From: a virus
Reading direction: 5' to 3' (one strand)
IMG/VR virus record: IMGVR_UViG_3300025327_000717
Span: 8,954-72,953 of that record
Length of the DNA: 64,000 bases
The notes beneath the pieces were generated by a model. That model did no database searches. It saw nothing but the letters and a program-made list of their open reading frames with translations, and was not told the DNA's origin. The translations under genes and the position numbers were made by a program. Below are positions 47,859 through 58,153 of this stretch, piece after piece. Numbering within the stretch: the first letter of the stretch is position 1; every line of letters begins with the position of its first letter.

Positions 47859-49448
47859 TCACTCGCTCACGTATCCGATGGCCCACATCTGATCACCCGT
47901 TCCTGGCGCGGTGATGAACGTCACCTGCTTGCTCGTCGGGTCATAGGTGTAATCGATGGTCGGACGCTGGAAGAGGCCGTTGAGGAAGAGGTCGAACTGA
48001 CCCTGATAGAACGTGTATGGGAACGTGAACGAGGTTCGCGTCCCGTTGGCGGTCTCATCTGGATAGACGGTCGCGAACGACCCTGCAGGCACGCCAGCGC
48101 TTGAGTTATCCACCAAGACGGTCGTTTGGCCGATGGTGCCCTTCTGTCGCCGCAACGCCCTCCAGAGATGCCGAGAGTCCGAGAACGAGGTCCCGAACTC
48201 ACCCTCAAAGCGGACATACGTCTGGCCACCAGGATTTTCGGTCGGCAGGGTCGGGAACGAGACACGGATGCTGCGGCATGGCAGCGTCGTGACCAGTGGG
48301 ACTCCTGGACTCGGTCCTTGGGTGTAGAGGATGAAGTTCATGAGCATACCCGGGACGACATGTGCGCCGCCAGGGACATCATGGGCGAACCACACTACGT
48401 TCATCGTCTCGGTGGGTCGTGAGAGTCCGCCCTCGATGCCTTGTGTCGGGACAGTCCCTGGCGGGCCGTTGATGATGACGAAGGCGCGGTTTTTCACCGA
48501 TCCCTGGGTCAGGTAGTTCTCCTGCCCAGCCCGTTCCTCGGCATACTGCCAGCGCCCATACAGGTTGCGACGGTCGATGGCGGCCTGCTCTCGGTCAGCG
48601 GGCTGTAGCCTTCCGTGCCATGTCGCATCCACGGCTGGCGGGTCAGGATAGCGAGCGAAGACGATGTCGCCTGCTGGTCCACCGGGATTGCGGATCGAAG
48701 AGCCACCCCAGACGAGCGCATCGGTCACGACCTGCTCGAAGTTCTCTGAGTACTCGCCCTCACGGAAGCCGATGGTCGTGACGCCGTTGGGGTTCGAGTC
48801 TGTGAACGCCCACGGCGATAGCAGCGTCTCGTATTCATGGAGATGGACCCTGAAGTCGGCGTCGATGTAGTAGATGACCCCACCGTTGTCTGAGAAGTCG
48901 TCCATCTGTTCGCGCCATGTCTTGCCCTGTCCGACGAAGAGTCCACCGTTCTCCTCTGTCCCATACGAGGTCGTGATGACATCACGGAACGTCGCGAAGT
49001 CGAGTCCGGCAGGGACGTCGATGAAGTTCTCCATCAGGTACTTGAAGGCCTCGCTGATGGTGCGCGAGCCAGAGGGCACCTCGAGCGCGCTCGTGGGGTC
49101 CGCTGAGTCGTAGAGCACACGCTTATCGAAGAGGATGTTGAAGTCTGGCCCTGTCAGGATCCACTTCCTCGAACGGACCGCGGACGGCACGGATGTGTCA
49201 TCTGCGGCGAGGAAGTTGCCACGTCCGATGCGCATGAGATAGCCACCGAAGAGCGGCATGCTATCGAGATGGAACGCCAGCTTTTCGCCCGCTGTCGGCG
49301 AGAAGTTCTGAGAGAGGTCCCGAGCAGCTAGCTTGAACGAACCCTGGACAGGGTTGGCCTGACTCGTGAACATCGTCTCCTGATAGACGACACGGTCGCT
49401 GATCTCTGTCCCGTCGAGCGTGATGGAGATGTCGGATGGTGTCGCCAT
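47859..49448 (-). CDS. minor tail protein
   Basis: Paralogous to the N-terminal part of 49448-53185 (NILF.KR, FYID.D, ALVWG, YGRWQYAE); C-terminal LFLNG...DYT module. Confidence 0.75.
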   Translation of the reverse strand: MATPSDISITLDGTEISDRVVYQETMFTSQANPVQGSFKLAARDLSQNFSPTAGEKLAFHLDSMPLFGGYLMRIGRGNFLAADDTSVPSAVRSRKWILTGPDFNILFDKRVLYDSADPTSALEVPSGSRTISEAFKYLMENFIDVPAGLDFATFRDVITTSYGTEENGGLFVGQGKTWREQMDDFSDNGGVIYYIDADFRVHLHEYETLLSPWAFTDSNPNGVTTIGFREGEYSENFEQVVTDALVWGGSSIRNPGGPAGDIVFARYPDPPAVDATWHGRLQPADREQAAIDRRNLYGRWQYAEERAGQENYLTQGSVKNRAFVIINGPPGTVPTQGIEGGLSRPTETMNVVWFAHDVPGGAHVVPGMLMNFILYTQGPSPGVPLVTTLPCRSIRVSFPTLPTENPGGQTYVRFEGEFGTSFSDSRHLWRALRRQKGTIGQTTVLVDNSSAGVPAGSFATVYPDETANGTRTSFTFPYTFYQGQFDLFLNGLFQRPTIDYTYDPTSKQVTFITAPGTGDQMWAIGYVSE

Positions 49449-52400
49449 CAGGTCACCTTCGTGTAGCCAGCGCTGACCGACCCGTAGCCCACCGTGTCGG
49501 CTCCGATGACGATGCCAGCGGCATACGCTTTCAACTCATCGGTGGTGTAGAGAGTGGGGTAACGATAGAGCGGATCGATGCCCCAGAAGTTGCCGTTCGC
49601 GAAGCGTTCGTTGATGTAGATGGCATGAGCGCCTGTGAAGTTGCTGAGTCGCTTCGAGGCAGGCAGGTTGCTGTAGATGCCTTGCAGGACGGCTCCCTGC
49701 CTGGCGTCGATATGCGTGACGAACGCGCTCCAACTCTGGATGCCCCAGCCATAGAACGTCTCGCCCCAGCCGGCAGACCATGCAGTCTCGACATCGTCCA
49801 ATCCGCCTCCAGTCGACTGGTCGGACTGGAAGCCACGATGATTGGGTGGCGTGTTGCGAGGGGTTCCCGCGAACGCCGTGTTCGCTCCTAGCGTATGCCG
49901 GTCAAGGGCCATCGCCGAGCAAGCGAAGATCGCGTTGTAGCCGTCCATCGGCGTGCCCCAGCCGTACTGGAGTTGTGGAGCCGGGCGATAGACCTCACCA
50001 CCAGATGAAGTCGGGACACTCCCTGCTCGCGTGTACTTCACGAGCAACGATGATGAGATGTCCCTGTCACCAAGGATGCGAAACTCACCGGTCGTCGGGT
50101 CTGTCTCGATATAGTCGACGTTCGGTCGCAAGCGGATGCCCTGGAAATAGACCACCAGCGAACCCGCAGCGTATGGGTACTGAGTGATGTAGTACTGCGC
50201 CCCAGCATGCTCAGCGTTGTCATAGATAGGGATGTTGGTGACAAGTTGTCCCGTCCCACCGCCACCACTGGATGAGGCCACGGCGGTCGGAAGGGCGTCC
50301 CAGACAGCATCAGCAGCCCAGCCGCGAGGCGCCACGATGACGCCACCCGTGGCTCCGTCGATCTCCAGCAGCACGGGTGAGTCGAAGAAATCGGGACTTC
50401 CATGGAACTCAGACCCAGCTACGGAGGCCTTCCCAGAGAAGGCTGCCATCGAAGCCCCGGTATACGTGAAGGCCGGCGCCAGCGTCCAAAGAGCGGCGCC
50501 ATCAGGACTATAACCACCGTACTGACCGGAGCCCGAATACACGATGATGTTGCCTGTGGACTCATCGACACCGACACCATCGGCGATGGCCTGAGAAGCA
50601 CCAGACGTCTTGGTGACGATATTCTTGATGAACGTCATGGTCGACCCGTCCCACTCGTCCAAGTACCACGTCGATGCTTCCCGTCGGATTAAGTAGAACT
50701 TTCCTCGGTCCGGATGGGTGACAAGCCGAAACGATCGGGTGGAGGTCGAGAACACCGAAACGTCAGCCGTAGCTTGTGGTCCACCAGTCGGTCCGTATCG
50801 GTGGACTTGATAGAAACCAGTGACCGTTACGCCGGTCCGGGCTATCGGGCGCGACACCATGTAGTACGTGTCACCTGGCCCCTTGGCGAGCCCAGCATAG
50901 AAACTGCGATCGTGGAAGAACTCCTCTGTAGTGATCAGCCACTCAGTAGTCGGATCATCGAGATCTTCCCAGATCGCGCTCGCAGCAGTCGTGTGATCGA
51001 CGGTGATGCCGCCAGGAGACGCCATCCTTATGTTCGAGTCATCCGAGATGTCGAACCACTCGCCACTCGCATGCTGTCCGACCAAGGATGCGTCAGCGCC
51101 CTCTATCGGACAGTCGACGGAATAGGCAGGGATAGAACCACTGCCTGTATATCCAGGAAGGGTAGTGAAGTCGAAGATTTGGACAGTGTCGGCGTTTCCG
51201 AACTCGATCTTCGCTCGGATCCCATACTGGTCGAGCCTGGGCCCGACCCCCACCCACTCACGTTGTTCGAAACCGTTCACACCAGCGCTAGGATCCCACA
51301 ACCATAAGGGCCATACGCCAACGGTGAACCCGTAATACCGCCAGGGGCTCTCGTTGTAGGCGTTGATGCGATAACCGCTACCAACTAGATAGTTGTATGG
51401 AGAAGCTGGCGGCGTGTTCGGCCAATAACCATAACTTGTTTCCACGTGCCCAAGCCCGGAATCCGGACCCGTCAAGAGTTCACGGAAGAACATGACAGAG
51501 CCGGTCCCGGGATCCAACTGGAGCAGGTTGCCATCCCCACCCCAGAACAGGTAAAGGTATCCGTCAGCGAGCACCATCTGCCCATCGCCAGAGAAGAAAC
51601 TTTGGCTCATGAACGTGGTCCAGAGTGGAGTCCCATCGGGAGAATACTTATGGATACCTACCCATGAACTATCCCAACCCGCTGAGGCGACCTGGGCAAA
51701 AGAGTTGACGTATAAGCCAGTGGCGTCAGCCGCCGCGCTCCACACCTCCAGCTCCTCTGTCGCAGGGAACGGTCCCGAAGGATAGGGATCATCGTCAGGG
51801 TGTCGATAAGTGCCGACCGCACCAAGCATGTCGTCGTTCATCAACAGATTCCATGTGGGCGGTCCATCGTCTGCAAAGGCGGAGATGAAGGCCCTGTCTC
51901 CAGCGGACTGGGCATAGAGCCCCTCGAACGTTGGTCCGTTCGCCCCATCGCTGAAGAACGTGCCCAAGACATAGGTCATCGGTGACGCCCCACCGATGCC
52001 ACCAGGCCCCTCGGGCGGGATGGTCTCTGAGATATCGAAGGGGGACGGAAAAGCGAACTTCCACAGGTCGGGAACGCCGAAGGGTGTATCGACCCGAAGC
52101 GTCAGTTCGATGTCCCAGCGCGGTTCTGTCGGGGTGAGGAACGTGATGGTCGATGAACGGACGGGCAAGTCCTCTTGGTAGTCGAACGTCGTCATGCGAA
52201 AGTCGACGACGTGCCCGACCCGGATGCCCGGGGTGAAGAGACTGCAGGTCACGACCGGGACTGGATCGTTATGACCACGCCGATGGCTTGGTGAGCCCTC
52301 GACATACGTGCGAGCACGGCGGTTGACAGTCTGTTGCTTCCACGCACCGACGTAGACCTCTCCGTACTGCCAGAGTCCATGCAGTGCCACGCGATCGGTG

Positions 52401-53185
52401 TCGGTGTACTTCGCGAAGACAGGGTCCGCAGAACCCAACCCGGCGCCCCAGATGAGGGCTTCGTTGCCAGCGTCGGTGTAGTCTCTCGCGGCCTCAGCCT
52501 CGCGGTAGCCGACCTGACCTGCAGTGGGGGCATCGGAGAGGACGAACGGCGCTGTGACGGTCCTGTCATCGATGTAGCGGAGGACGCGGTCCGGGTCGAT
52601 GTAGAAGACGGCTCCCGTGATCTTCGCGGCGTCATCGAAGAGCACTCCTAGCGGGGCGCTGACGTACCCCAGCGTGAACTCCTCGAAAGGGCCCGGAGAG
52701 GCGACTTGCTCGATGCCTGACTCGATGTCCAAATCATCGCCAGAGAGATCGACGTAGTTGTTCAGGGCGAAGTCGATGGCCTGCTTGTCAGACGTGTCCG
52801 TGGGCCAGATCGTGAAGCCCTCGTTATTGGCAGGGTCGTCGATCCGATACATGAAACGCTTCTGGAAGAGGATGTTCCGGTCGTAACCCTCGATGATCCA
52901 GAAGCGCGGCACGGTGACTGGCTGTGAGGTGTCGTCGACCGGCAGCGGCCATGCACGCCGGACCTTGAACGCCCAGCCATCCCACTCGCGCTGTCCATCG
53001 ATGAACAGCTCGAGCGTCATCCCGGTTCGGATGTCGTCAGGGGTGTAAGCCTGCTGCTCATCATCGATGAGGACGACAGCCGTCCCGGGCTGCCCGTCAG
53101 CAAGACCCCTGAAGTTGGTGGGTTGGGCAAAGACCACATCCGAGGTGATGTCGACGCCATCGAGCTTGATGACGACGGTAGCCAT
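49448..53185 (-). CDS. large multidomain tail protein (hub/Tal-like, beta-propeller-like region, C-terminal C39-like domain)
   Basis: Follows tape measure; YSPDG..LWT repeats; HAIYI...IDPL at C-terminus. Confidence 0.78.
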   Translation of the reverse strand: MATVVIKLDGVDITSDVVFAQPTNFRGLADGQPGTAVVLIDDEQQAYTPDDIRTGMTLELFIDGQREWDGWAFKVRRAWPLPVDDTSQPVTVPRFWIIEGYDRNILFQKRFMYRIDDPANNEGFTIWPTDTSDKQAIDFALNNYVDLSGDDLDIESGIEQVASPGPFEEFTLGYVSAPLGVLFDDAAKITGAVFYIDPDRVLRYIDDRTVTAPFVLSDAPTAGQVGYREAEAARDYTDAGNEALIWGAGLGSADPVFAKYTDTDRVALHGLWQYGEVYVGAWKQQTVNRRARTYVEGSPSHRRGHNDPVPVVTCSLFTPGIRVGHVVDFRMTTFDYQEDLPVRSSTITFLTPTEPRWDIELTLRVDTPFGVPDLWKFAFPSPFDISETIPPEGPGGIGGASPMTYVLGTFFSDGANGPTFEGLYAQSAGDRAFISAFADDGPPTWNLLMNDDMLGAVGTYRHPDDDPYPSGPFPATEELEVWSAAADATGLYVNSFAQVASAGWDSSWVGIHKYSPDGTPLWTTFMSQSFFSGDGQMVLADGYLYLFWGGDGNLLQLDPGTGSVMFFRELLTGPDSGLGHVETSYGYWPNTPPASPYNYLVGSGYRINAYNESPWRYYGFTVGVWPLWLWDPSAGVNGFEQREWVGVGPRLDQYGIRAKIEFGNADTVQIFDFTTLPGYTGSGSIPAYSVDCPIEGADASLVGQHASGEWFDISDDSNIRMASPGGITVDHTTAASAIWEDLDDPTTEWLITTEEFFHDRSFYAGLAKGPGDTYYMVSRPIARTGVTVTGFYQVHRYGPTGGPQATADVSVFSTSTRSFRLVTHPDRGKFYLIRREASTWYLDEWDGSTMTFIKNIVTKTSGASQAIADGVGVDESTGNIIVYSGSGQYGGYSPDGAALWTLAPAFTYTGASMAAFSGKASVAGSEFHGSPDFFDSPVLLEIDGATGGVIVAPRGWAADAVWDALPTAVASSSGGGGTGQLVTNIPIYDNAEHAGAQYYITQYPYAAGSLVVYFQGIRLRPNVDYIETDPTTGEFRILGDRDISSSLLVKYTRAGSVPTSSGGEVYRPAPQLQYGWGTPMDGYNAIFACSAMALDRHTLGANTAFAGTPRNTPPNHRGFQSDQSTGGGLDDVETAWSAGWGETFYGWGIQSWSAFVTHIDARQGAVLQGIYSNLPASKRLSNFTGAHAIYINERFANGNFWGIDPLYRYPTLYTTDELKAYAAGIVIGADTVGYGSVSAGYTKVT
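53119..53180 (-). repeat. 62-bp perfect inverted repeat, copy 2
   Basis: Covers codons 3-22 of the tail gene plus one flanking base each side; identical to 42172-42233 on the opposite strand. Confidence 0.95.
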
Positions 53186-56100
53186 CAGCCCACCAGCATC
53201 GCGACTTCGTCGTGAAGCGCTCGCACCACCTTGCGGACCATACGGTCCTCGTCAGCCTCGCCGCGTACATCGGCCTTCACGTTGACGTTGATGTTGATGG
53301 GACTGCCACCACCACGTCCGAGACCACCAGGGGCTCCGTTCATACGTGGGTTGCGCATGACGACGACAGCCTCGTTCCCGATCTCACCTGCGAGGAAGCT
53401 GGTCGGTCGAGAGACCAGGTCGATCCCGCCAGAAGCACGACGCTTCCCTCTCTCGACGAATAGCGGCAGATCTTCATCTAGCGTGCCTCGTCCGACGTTG
53501 CTGCCAGTACGCGGTTGTGCTGTCCCTTGCTTCTCTGCGAGCCCCACGATGGGCAAGACAGGCTCGAGTCCGTGTAGCCATCCAGTGACGTAGGTATCGA
53601 GCGCCTTGAGGCTGATCTCGGTGACCCTTCCAAGACGCTGCTCGAGTGTCTCGGCGATACGGATGGACCCTTGACGTGCAGCCACGCCCATGTCACGAGC
53701 GAGGTCGAGGGCAGCCTGCTTGACCTGCAGCAACTGCTCTTTCGCTTCGATGACCTTCTGGATGCCTCTGACCTCGATGGTCACAGCACGTGCCCGCTGG
53801 AGCAGTCCGAGCTGCTTCACAGCATCAGTCAACTGACGACCGAACCCGATGTCTTCGATGCGGAAGCCACGCTGAGCCGTGCGTTTACCGATGTCGAGTT
53901 CACGCTGCTGCTCGCGCACGAGCAACTCGGCCTCACGTCGGCGGACTGCCCGCTCTTCTGGCGTCTCACCCGGAGAGCGCAGTCGAGACAGGGAGAGTTG
54001 CAGGTTCAACTCGCGCTGTGAGCGCGCCAACTGGATACGCGTGAGTTCGCGGCCATCGTTGATCTGGGCACGCTGCAGTTCACCAAGCTGTGTGGCCCCG
54101 ACGACTTGGTCGCCGATCGATACGGCCTGTCGCTGGTTCAGAGCGACGAGGTCTCCGATGGAGCGGACGCTGATGCGGATCTGCTCGTTGTACTGAGCTT
54201 GCTCGAGGCCGAGTTGCAAGTCTTCAGCATCCGTTCGCAAGGCCGTGATGGATGCACCCAACTTGGCGACACTCTGGATAGCAACATCGGGGACACCAAG
54301 ATTCCGGAGTTCGGTCAGGCCTTCATCTCGGATGTCGGCGAGCGCATCGCGCGAGCGCGTGATGGCGCCTTCGTACTTGCCAGCGGCCGCAGCGGCAATC
54401 GGGTCGACACCACTCGTGGCCGTGATGCCTGTCATAGCGTTGGTCGGGAAGGGGCGCGCGATGAGTTGCTCTGCTGCAGCCGCAGGGATGAGTTCGCGCT
54501 GCAACTCGAACTGGCGGGCCTGGGCCCGGAAGGATGCTTCCATCTGTCGACGACTCACTGTCAACAACTGGTTGACATCTGGCGTGGTCGCCCCTCGGCC
54601 ACCCAACTCAAGCAGACGATTCAACTCCATGCCAGTGAGTTGACGGTCACCGGGACCAAGCGCCGCGACACCAGCACCAGCCCAAGCCTCCCGGACCTCC
54701 CGACTGGCTCCGATGTCGCTCAACGCCTTCGTCGATCTCTCGATGAGACTCGCATCTGTGGTCGTGATCAGTCGTCCGGGACTCAACTCACCGTTGAACT
54801 TGACCCAACGATCGACACCCTCGTTGAACGAAGCAACAGCCTTGCCTGTCAGGGCGTTTGCTGAGGCAGCAGCCCGCTGCTGCCTTTCGATCATGTCTGT
54901 CAGGCCAAGGAGTTGCTCGTTCCGTGGAGCGCGGCCGAAAGCGATGTCCTCAGCGTTCTGGACTGTCTCAAGCCACTGCGTCAGGGGGTCCTTGACAGCA
55001 GGCGCGATCGTCGTGGCTGCGACCGCTGAAACAGGATTACCGAACGTCCCACCCAGACTCTCTGCGATGCCCGGTGTCTGGCCGATCCATGTCCCGAATA
55101 GGCCGTTCCCAACGCCGACACCCAAGCCAGGGATTTGATTGCCACGCTGGCCCTCGAAGACCTGAGTGGCCCGAAGGAACGCCTGCTGCTGCTGGAACTG
55201 CTGGGCACCAGCCGTGATGGCGGTCATCCTCGCGAGGCCGCCTGTCTCGACCCCGCTGACACCAAGTGCGGCCATCCTCTCTGCGATGACGGCGTTGATA
55301 TCGCCGCTTCGCTGGATCACCTCTGGTGCCATCTCACTGGTGACACGTCTGGCCGTGAAAGCAAAGCCAGACAATCGATCCCCAGCATCCGTGGCTATCT
55401 TCCCGAGATTCTCTATGGCCACCTGGGAAAGATTCATGGCAGCCGTGAACAACATGGTGCCGCCCACGATGCCCACCAGGCCTGCAGCCTGAGACCGGAC
55501 CTGCTGCCCTGGTGACAAGATCGTCTCTGAGGCGGTCTTGGCCGCAGCCACCTTCTCCTCTACGACAGGCCTGATGTCCGCGATCCTCTGAGTCTGCTCC
55601 TCCCAGACCCCGAAGAGCTTGTCGAACGCCTTGCCCTGCACCGCCGACATCCGATCCCTGGCCTCGGCCCACTTCCCTCTATCAGTGGTGCCAGCCATGG
55701 TCTCGAGATCGAACTGCGCCCTATCAGCGATCTCCGTGGCGCCACGTACCTCGCCCAAAGCACCTTGCGCCCTACGCTCGAGCGCACGAGCCTGCGAAGC
55801 ACGCTCCAGGATCCCCTGACGACCGCCGATCATGATCTGTGAGATCTGGCCCATGGCCACAGACAGGGCTCGGACAGGACTCTTCTGGAAAGCCTCGCTG
55901 ATATTGACGCCGACCTGGTCGAGTGTCAGTTGGAGTTCGCTCACCGCATCTTCAGCAGCGAACTTGGCCCTTGACCCGGTGGTGGTCTGGCGACCACTTG
56001 GTACCCCATATCCTTGACGTGGGAGTCCACCACCAAACGGCGATACCTCTGTGCCCAGCTCACCAGCCTGAGTCTCAGCAGCCATCCTGCCAGCAGGCAT

Positions 56101-57918
56101 GGACCTCGCGACACGACCCTTCTCTTCGAGCGCCTCTTTGAACTCCTTCTTCGTGTCACCACCGAAGCCTGTCCCTGGCATGTTGACGACATGGACGCGC
56201 TGGATGTTATTGCTCATCGTGCCGATGTTCGCGGCTCGACCCTCTTGGTATGCGATCTCACCAGCACGGAAACGCCGGGTGGCATATGTACCAGCACCAC
56301 CACCGAGGATCTGTAGACCAGCCGGGCCCACACCGCCCATGGCCCTTCCGGTCAGATCCTTCGCAGGCAGCCGCCCCTCCTGCAGCAACTTCATGAACGG
56401 GCTCATCTGATGAGCAGGCACGACGAACTGGGAGCCACCGGGGAGATCGACGATTCCCTCTGGCCCATGTTCACCGACCTTCGTGAGGTTCAGAGCGTTA
56501 GCAGCGATACCAGGAAGATCGTTGAGAGAAGAGGGTTTGGCCCAGTCAGACTTGCTGAGGCTGGCGCGCAGGCCACCACCACCGGCCACGCCCTTGAGTC
56601 GATCAACGATGGACCCGGTGATAGGTCGCTTGGTAGCGATATCCCATGGACGAGCCAGCGGACCGAACGACGTGGGACCAGCCCATGCGGACTCACCGAT
56701 GTCGATCGGCATGTCTGCGATGCGCTTCTCAAGAGCCGTGTATCCAGCCTGCAGCCTCGCTGCCTCTGAGATAGCGGCTTTGACGGAAGCGGCTGGAGGT
56801 GGTGTCGTTTTGGGGCGCGCTCCAGTCTGACTGATACGTCCTTGCGTACTGGGTGTGGTGCCACCCTGGATAGCTGCGATACCGCCGACCTTCTTCAACC
56901 ATGGCTTGCCGAAGAAGTTGAGGGCTCCCATGGCTTCGGCCATAGCAAAGTCCATCGGATACTGCTCGGACTGCTCGTAGACGTCTCGCCTGCTGCCCTC
57001 ACCGAACTTACCTAGACGCCTGATGATGTTCTGTGGGCGCTTGCCACCGATGGCCCGTGCATAGGCCGTCTTCATCTGGCTCGGGCTCTTGGCAGTGACG
57101 GCGGCCTCCATGCCGGGGAACATCGCCTCTATGGCGCTAAGGTCGCCACCCTCCCATGCGTTGAAGAATAGCGCGGCTTGCTGCTGCTCAGCCCGTACCG
57201 TGGCTGCCGGACGTCTTGTCCGGATGGTACGACCGGTGACATCCTGTTCCTGCCGTCCACCGATCATGGAGCCCATACGCTCATCCCATGTGAGCGGCTG
57301 GATGGGCTGAGATGGTCCGAGTGGACGCGACTCTGGCGCGACACGCTGGTGTCGTGGTGCTGGGCGAGGAGCGACCGCAGCTACTGGAGTAGTAGCAGGA
57401 GGATGAGCGGCTGGTCGTGCTGAGACAGCAGGTGGCTGCTCTGCACGTCCGGAAACCTCCGCTGCCAAGACAGCCCCGGTCGTCGTAGTCACACCGCCAC
57501 GTGCAGGGGCACCCTGTGTCGGTTCACGCCTACTACCACCACCAGTAGGAGGCTGAGTGGAAGAGGGTCCGCCGGCAGGGCCACCGGGCATATCACCACG
57601 CTGGAAGTGGACGGGCACGACGATGGGCTCGACGGCCCCCTGCACCTGATGGATGACAGCCTTGAACTTACGGACGGCATCGTCCGTGTTGAACTCGAGC
57701 GGGACCCTCACGCCCTTCTGATTGCTTCGCTCGACAGCAGTGTTGAGATCCCTCAGCCATGTCTTGACGGCCGTGTCGGAAGGCGCGTTGATCTTGGGGG
57801 TGACGATGACATCACGCTGGAGGCTCTTCGTCATCACGCCGATGTCTTTCTCAAGCTGGCTCATGTCGATGCCAAGTCCGACCTTGATGCTGTCGATCGT
57901 GCCTGATCTACCTGGCAT
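53185..57918 (-). CDS. tape measure protein
   Basis: ~1577 aa Ala/Gly/Gln-rich helical protein after tail chaperones; AGEIGNEAVV C-terminal motif. Confidence 0.82.
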   Translation of the reverse strand: MPGRSGTIDSIKVGLGIDMSQLEKDIGVMTKSLQRDVIVTPKINAPSDTAVKTWLRDLNTAVERSNQKGVRVPLEFNTDDAVRKFKAVIHQVQGAVEPIVVPVHFQRGDMPGGPAGGPSSTQPPTGGGSRREPTQGAPARGGVTTTTGAVLAAEVSGRAEQPPAVSARPAAHPPATTPVAAVAPRPAPRHQRVAPESRPLGPSQPIQPLTWDERMGSMIGGRQEQDVTGRTIRTRRPAATVRAEQQQAALFFNAWEGGDLSAIEAMFPGMEAAVTAKSPSQMKTAYARAIGGKRPQNIIRRLGKFGEGSRRDVYEQSEQYPMDFAMAEAMGALNFFGKPWLKKVGGIAAIQGGTTPSTQGRISQTGARPKTTPPPAASVKAAISEAARLQAGYTALEKRIADMPIDIGESAWAGPTSFGPLARPWDIATKRPITGSIVDRLKGVAGGGGLRASLSKSDWAKPSSLNDLPGIAANALNLTKVGEHGPEGIVDLPGGSQFVVPAHQMSPFMKLLQEGRLPAKDLTGRAMGGVGPAGLQILGGGAGTYATRRFRAGEIAYQEGRAANIGTMSNNIQRVHVVNMPGTGFGGDTKKEFKEALEEKGRVARSMPAGRMAAETQAGELGTEVSPFGGGLPRQGYGVPSGRQTTTGSRAKFAAEDAVSELQLTLDQVGVNISEAFQKSPVRALSVAMGQISQIMIGGRQGILERASQARALERRAQGALGEVRGATEIADRAQFDLETMAGTTDRGKWAEARDRMSAVQGKAFDKLFGVWEEQTQRIADIRPVVEEKVAAAKTASETILSPGQQVRSQAAGLVGIVGGTMLFTAAMNLSQVAIENLGKIATDAGDRLSGFAFTARRVTSEMAPEVIQRSGDINAVIAERMAALGVSGVETGGLARMTAITAGAQQFQQQQAFLRATQVFEGQRGNQIPGLGVGVGNGLFGTWIGQTPGIAESLGGTFGNPVSAVAATTIAPAVKDPLTQWLETVQNAEDIAFGRAPRNEQLLGLTDMIERQQRAAASANALTGKAVASFNEGVDRWVKFNGELSPGRLITTTDASLIERSTKALSDIGASREVREAWAGAGVAALGPGDRQLTGMELNRLLELGGRGATTPDVNQLLTVSRRQMEASFRAQARQFELQRELIPAAAAEQLIARPFPTNAMTGITATSGVDPIAAAAAGKYEGAITRSRDALADIRDEGLTELRNLGVPDVAIQSVAKLGASITALRTDAEDLQLGLEQAQYNEQIRISVRSIGDLVALNQRQAVSIGDQVVGATQLGELQRAQINDGRELTRIQLARSQRELNLQLSLSRLRSPGETPEERAVRRREAELLVREQQRELDIGKRTAQRGFRIEDIGFGRQLTDAVKQLGLLQRARAVTIEVRGIQKVIEAKEQLLQVKQAALDLARDMGVAARQGSIRIAETLEQRLGRVTEISLKALDTYVTGWLHGLEPVLPIVGLAEKQGTAQPRTGSNVGRGTLDEDLPLFVERGKRRASGGIDLVSRPTSFLAGEIGNEAVVVMRNPRMNGAPGGLGRGGGSPININVNVKADVRGEADEDRMVRKVVRALHDEVAMLVG

Positions 57919-58153
57919 CGCCCTTCTCCTTGATCCCGAGGAGTACATCCACGTCGACAGACTTCAGATCACTGTCGTCGCCCACACCACCATGCCGTGG
58001 TGGTGTGTAGTGAGCCCTGAGCAACAGCGCCCGAAGGGCCCGGAAGTATGTATGTGGTAGCCGAGCTACCTGCGCTGGAGTGTACGCTGGCCACTCATGT
58101 GCGATCGCACCGCACATGTCCTGGAACATCCAGGTCAGGCCTTCGCTTCCCCC
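57908..58153 (-). CDS. tail assembly chaperone, frameshift extension (gpGT-like)
   Basis: Open in the -1 frame from the GGGGGAA slippery site. Confidence 0.7.
   Translation of the reverse strand, partial: GGSEGLTWMFQDMCGAIAHEWPAYTPAQVARLPHTYFRALRALLLRAHYTPPRHGGVGDDSDLKSVDVDVLLGIKEKGDAR

Noticed and set aside
42172-53180. 62-bp repeat as a DGR template/variable repeat pair
   Set aside because: No adenine-specific mismatches, located at a gene 5' end, and no reverse transcriptase in the window
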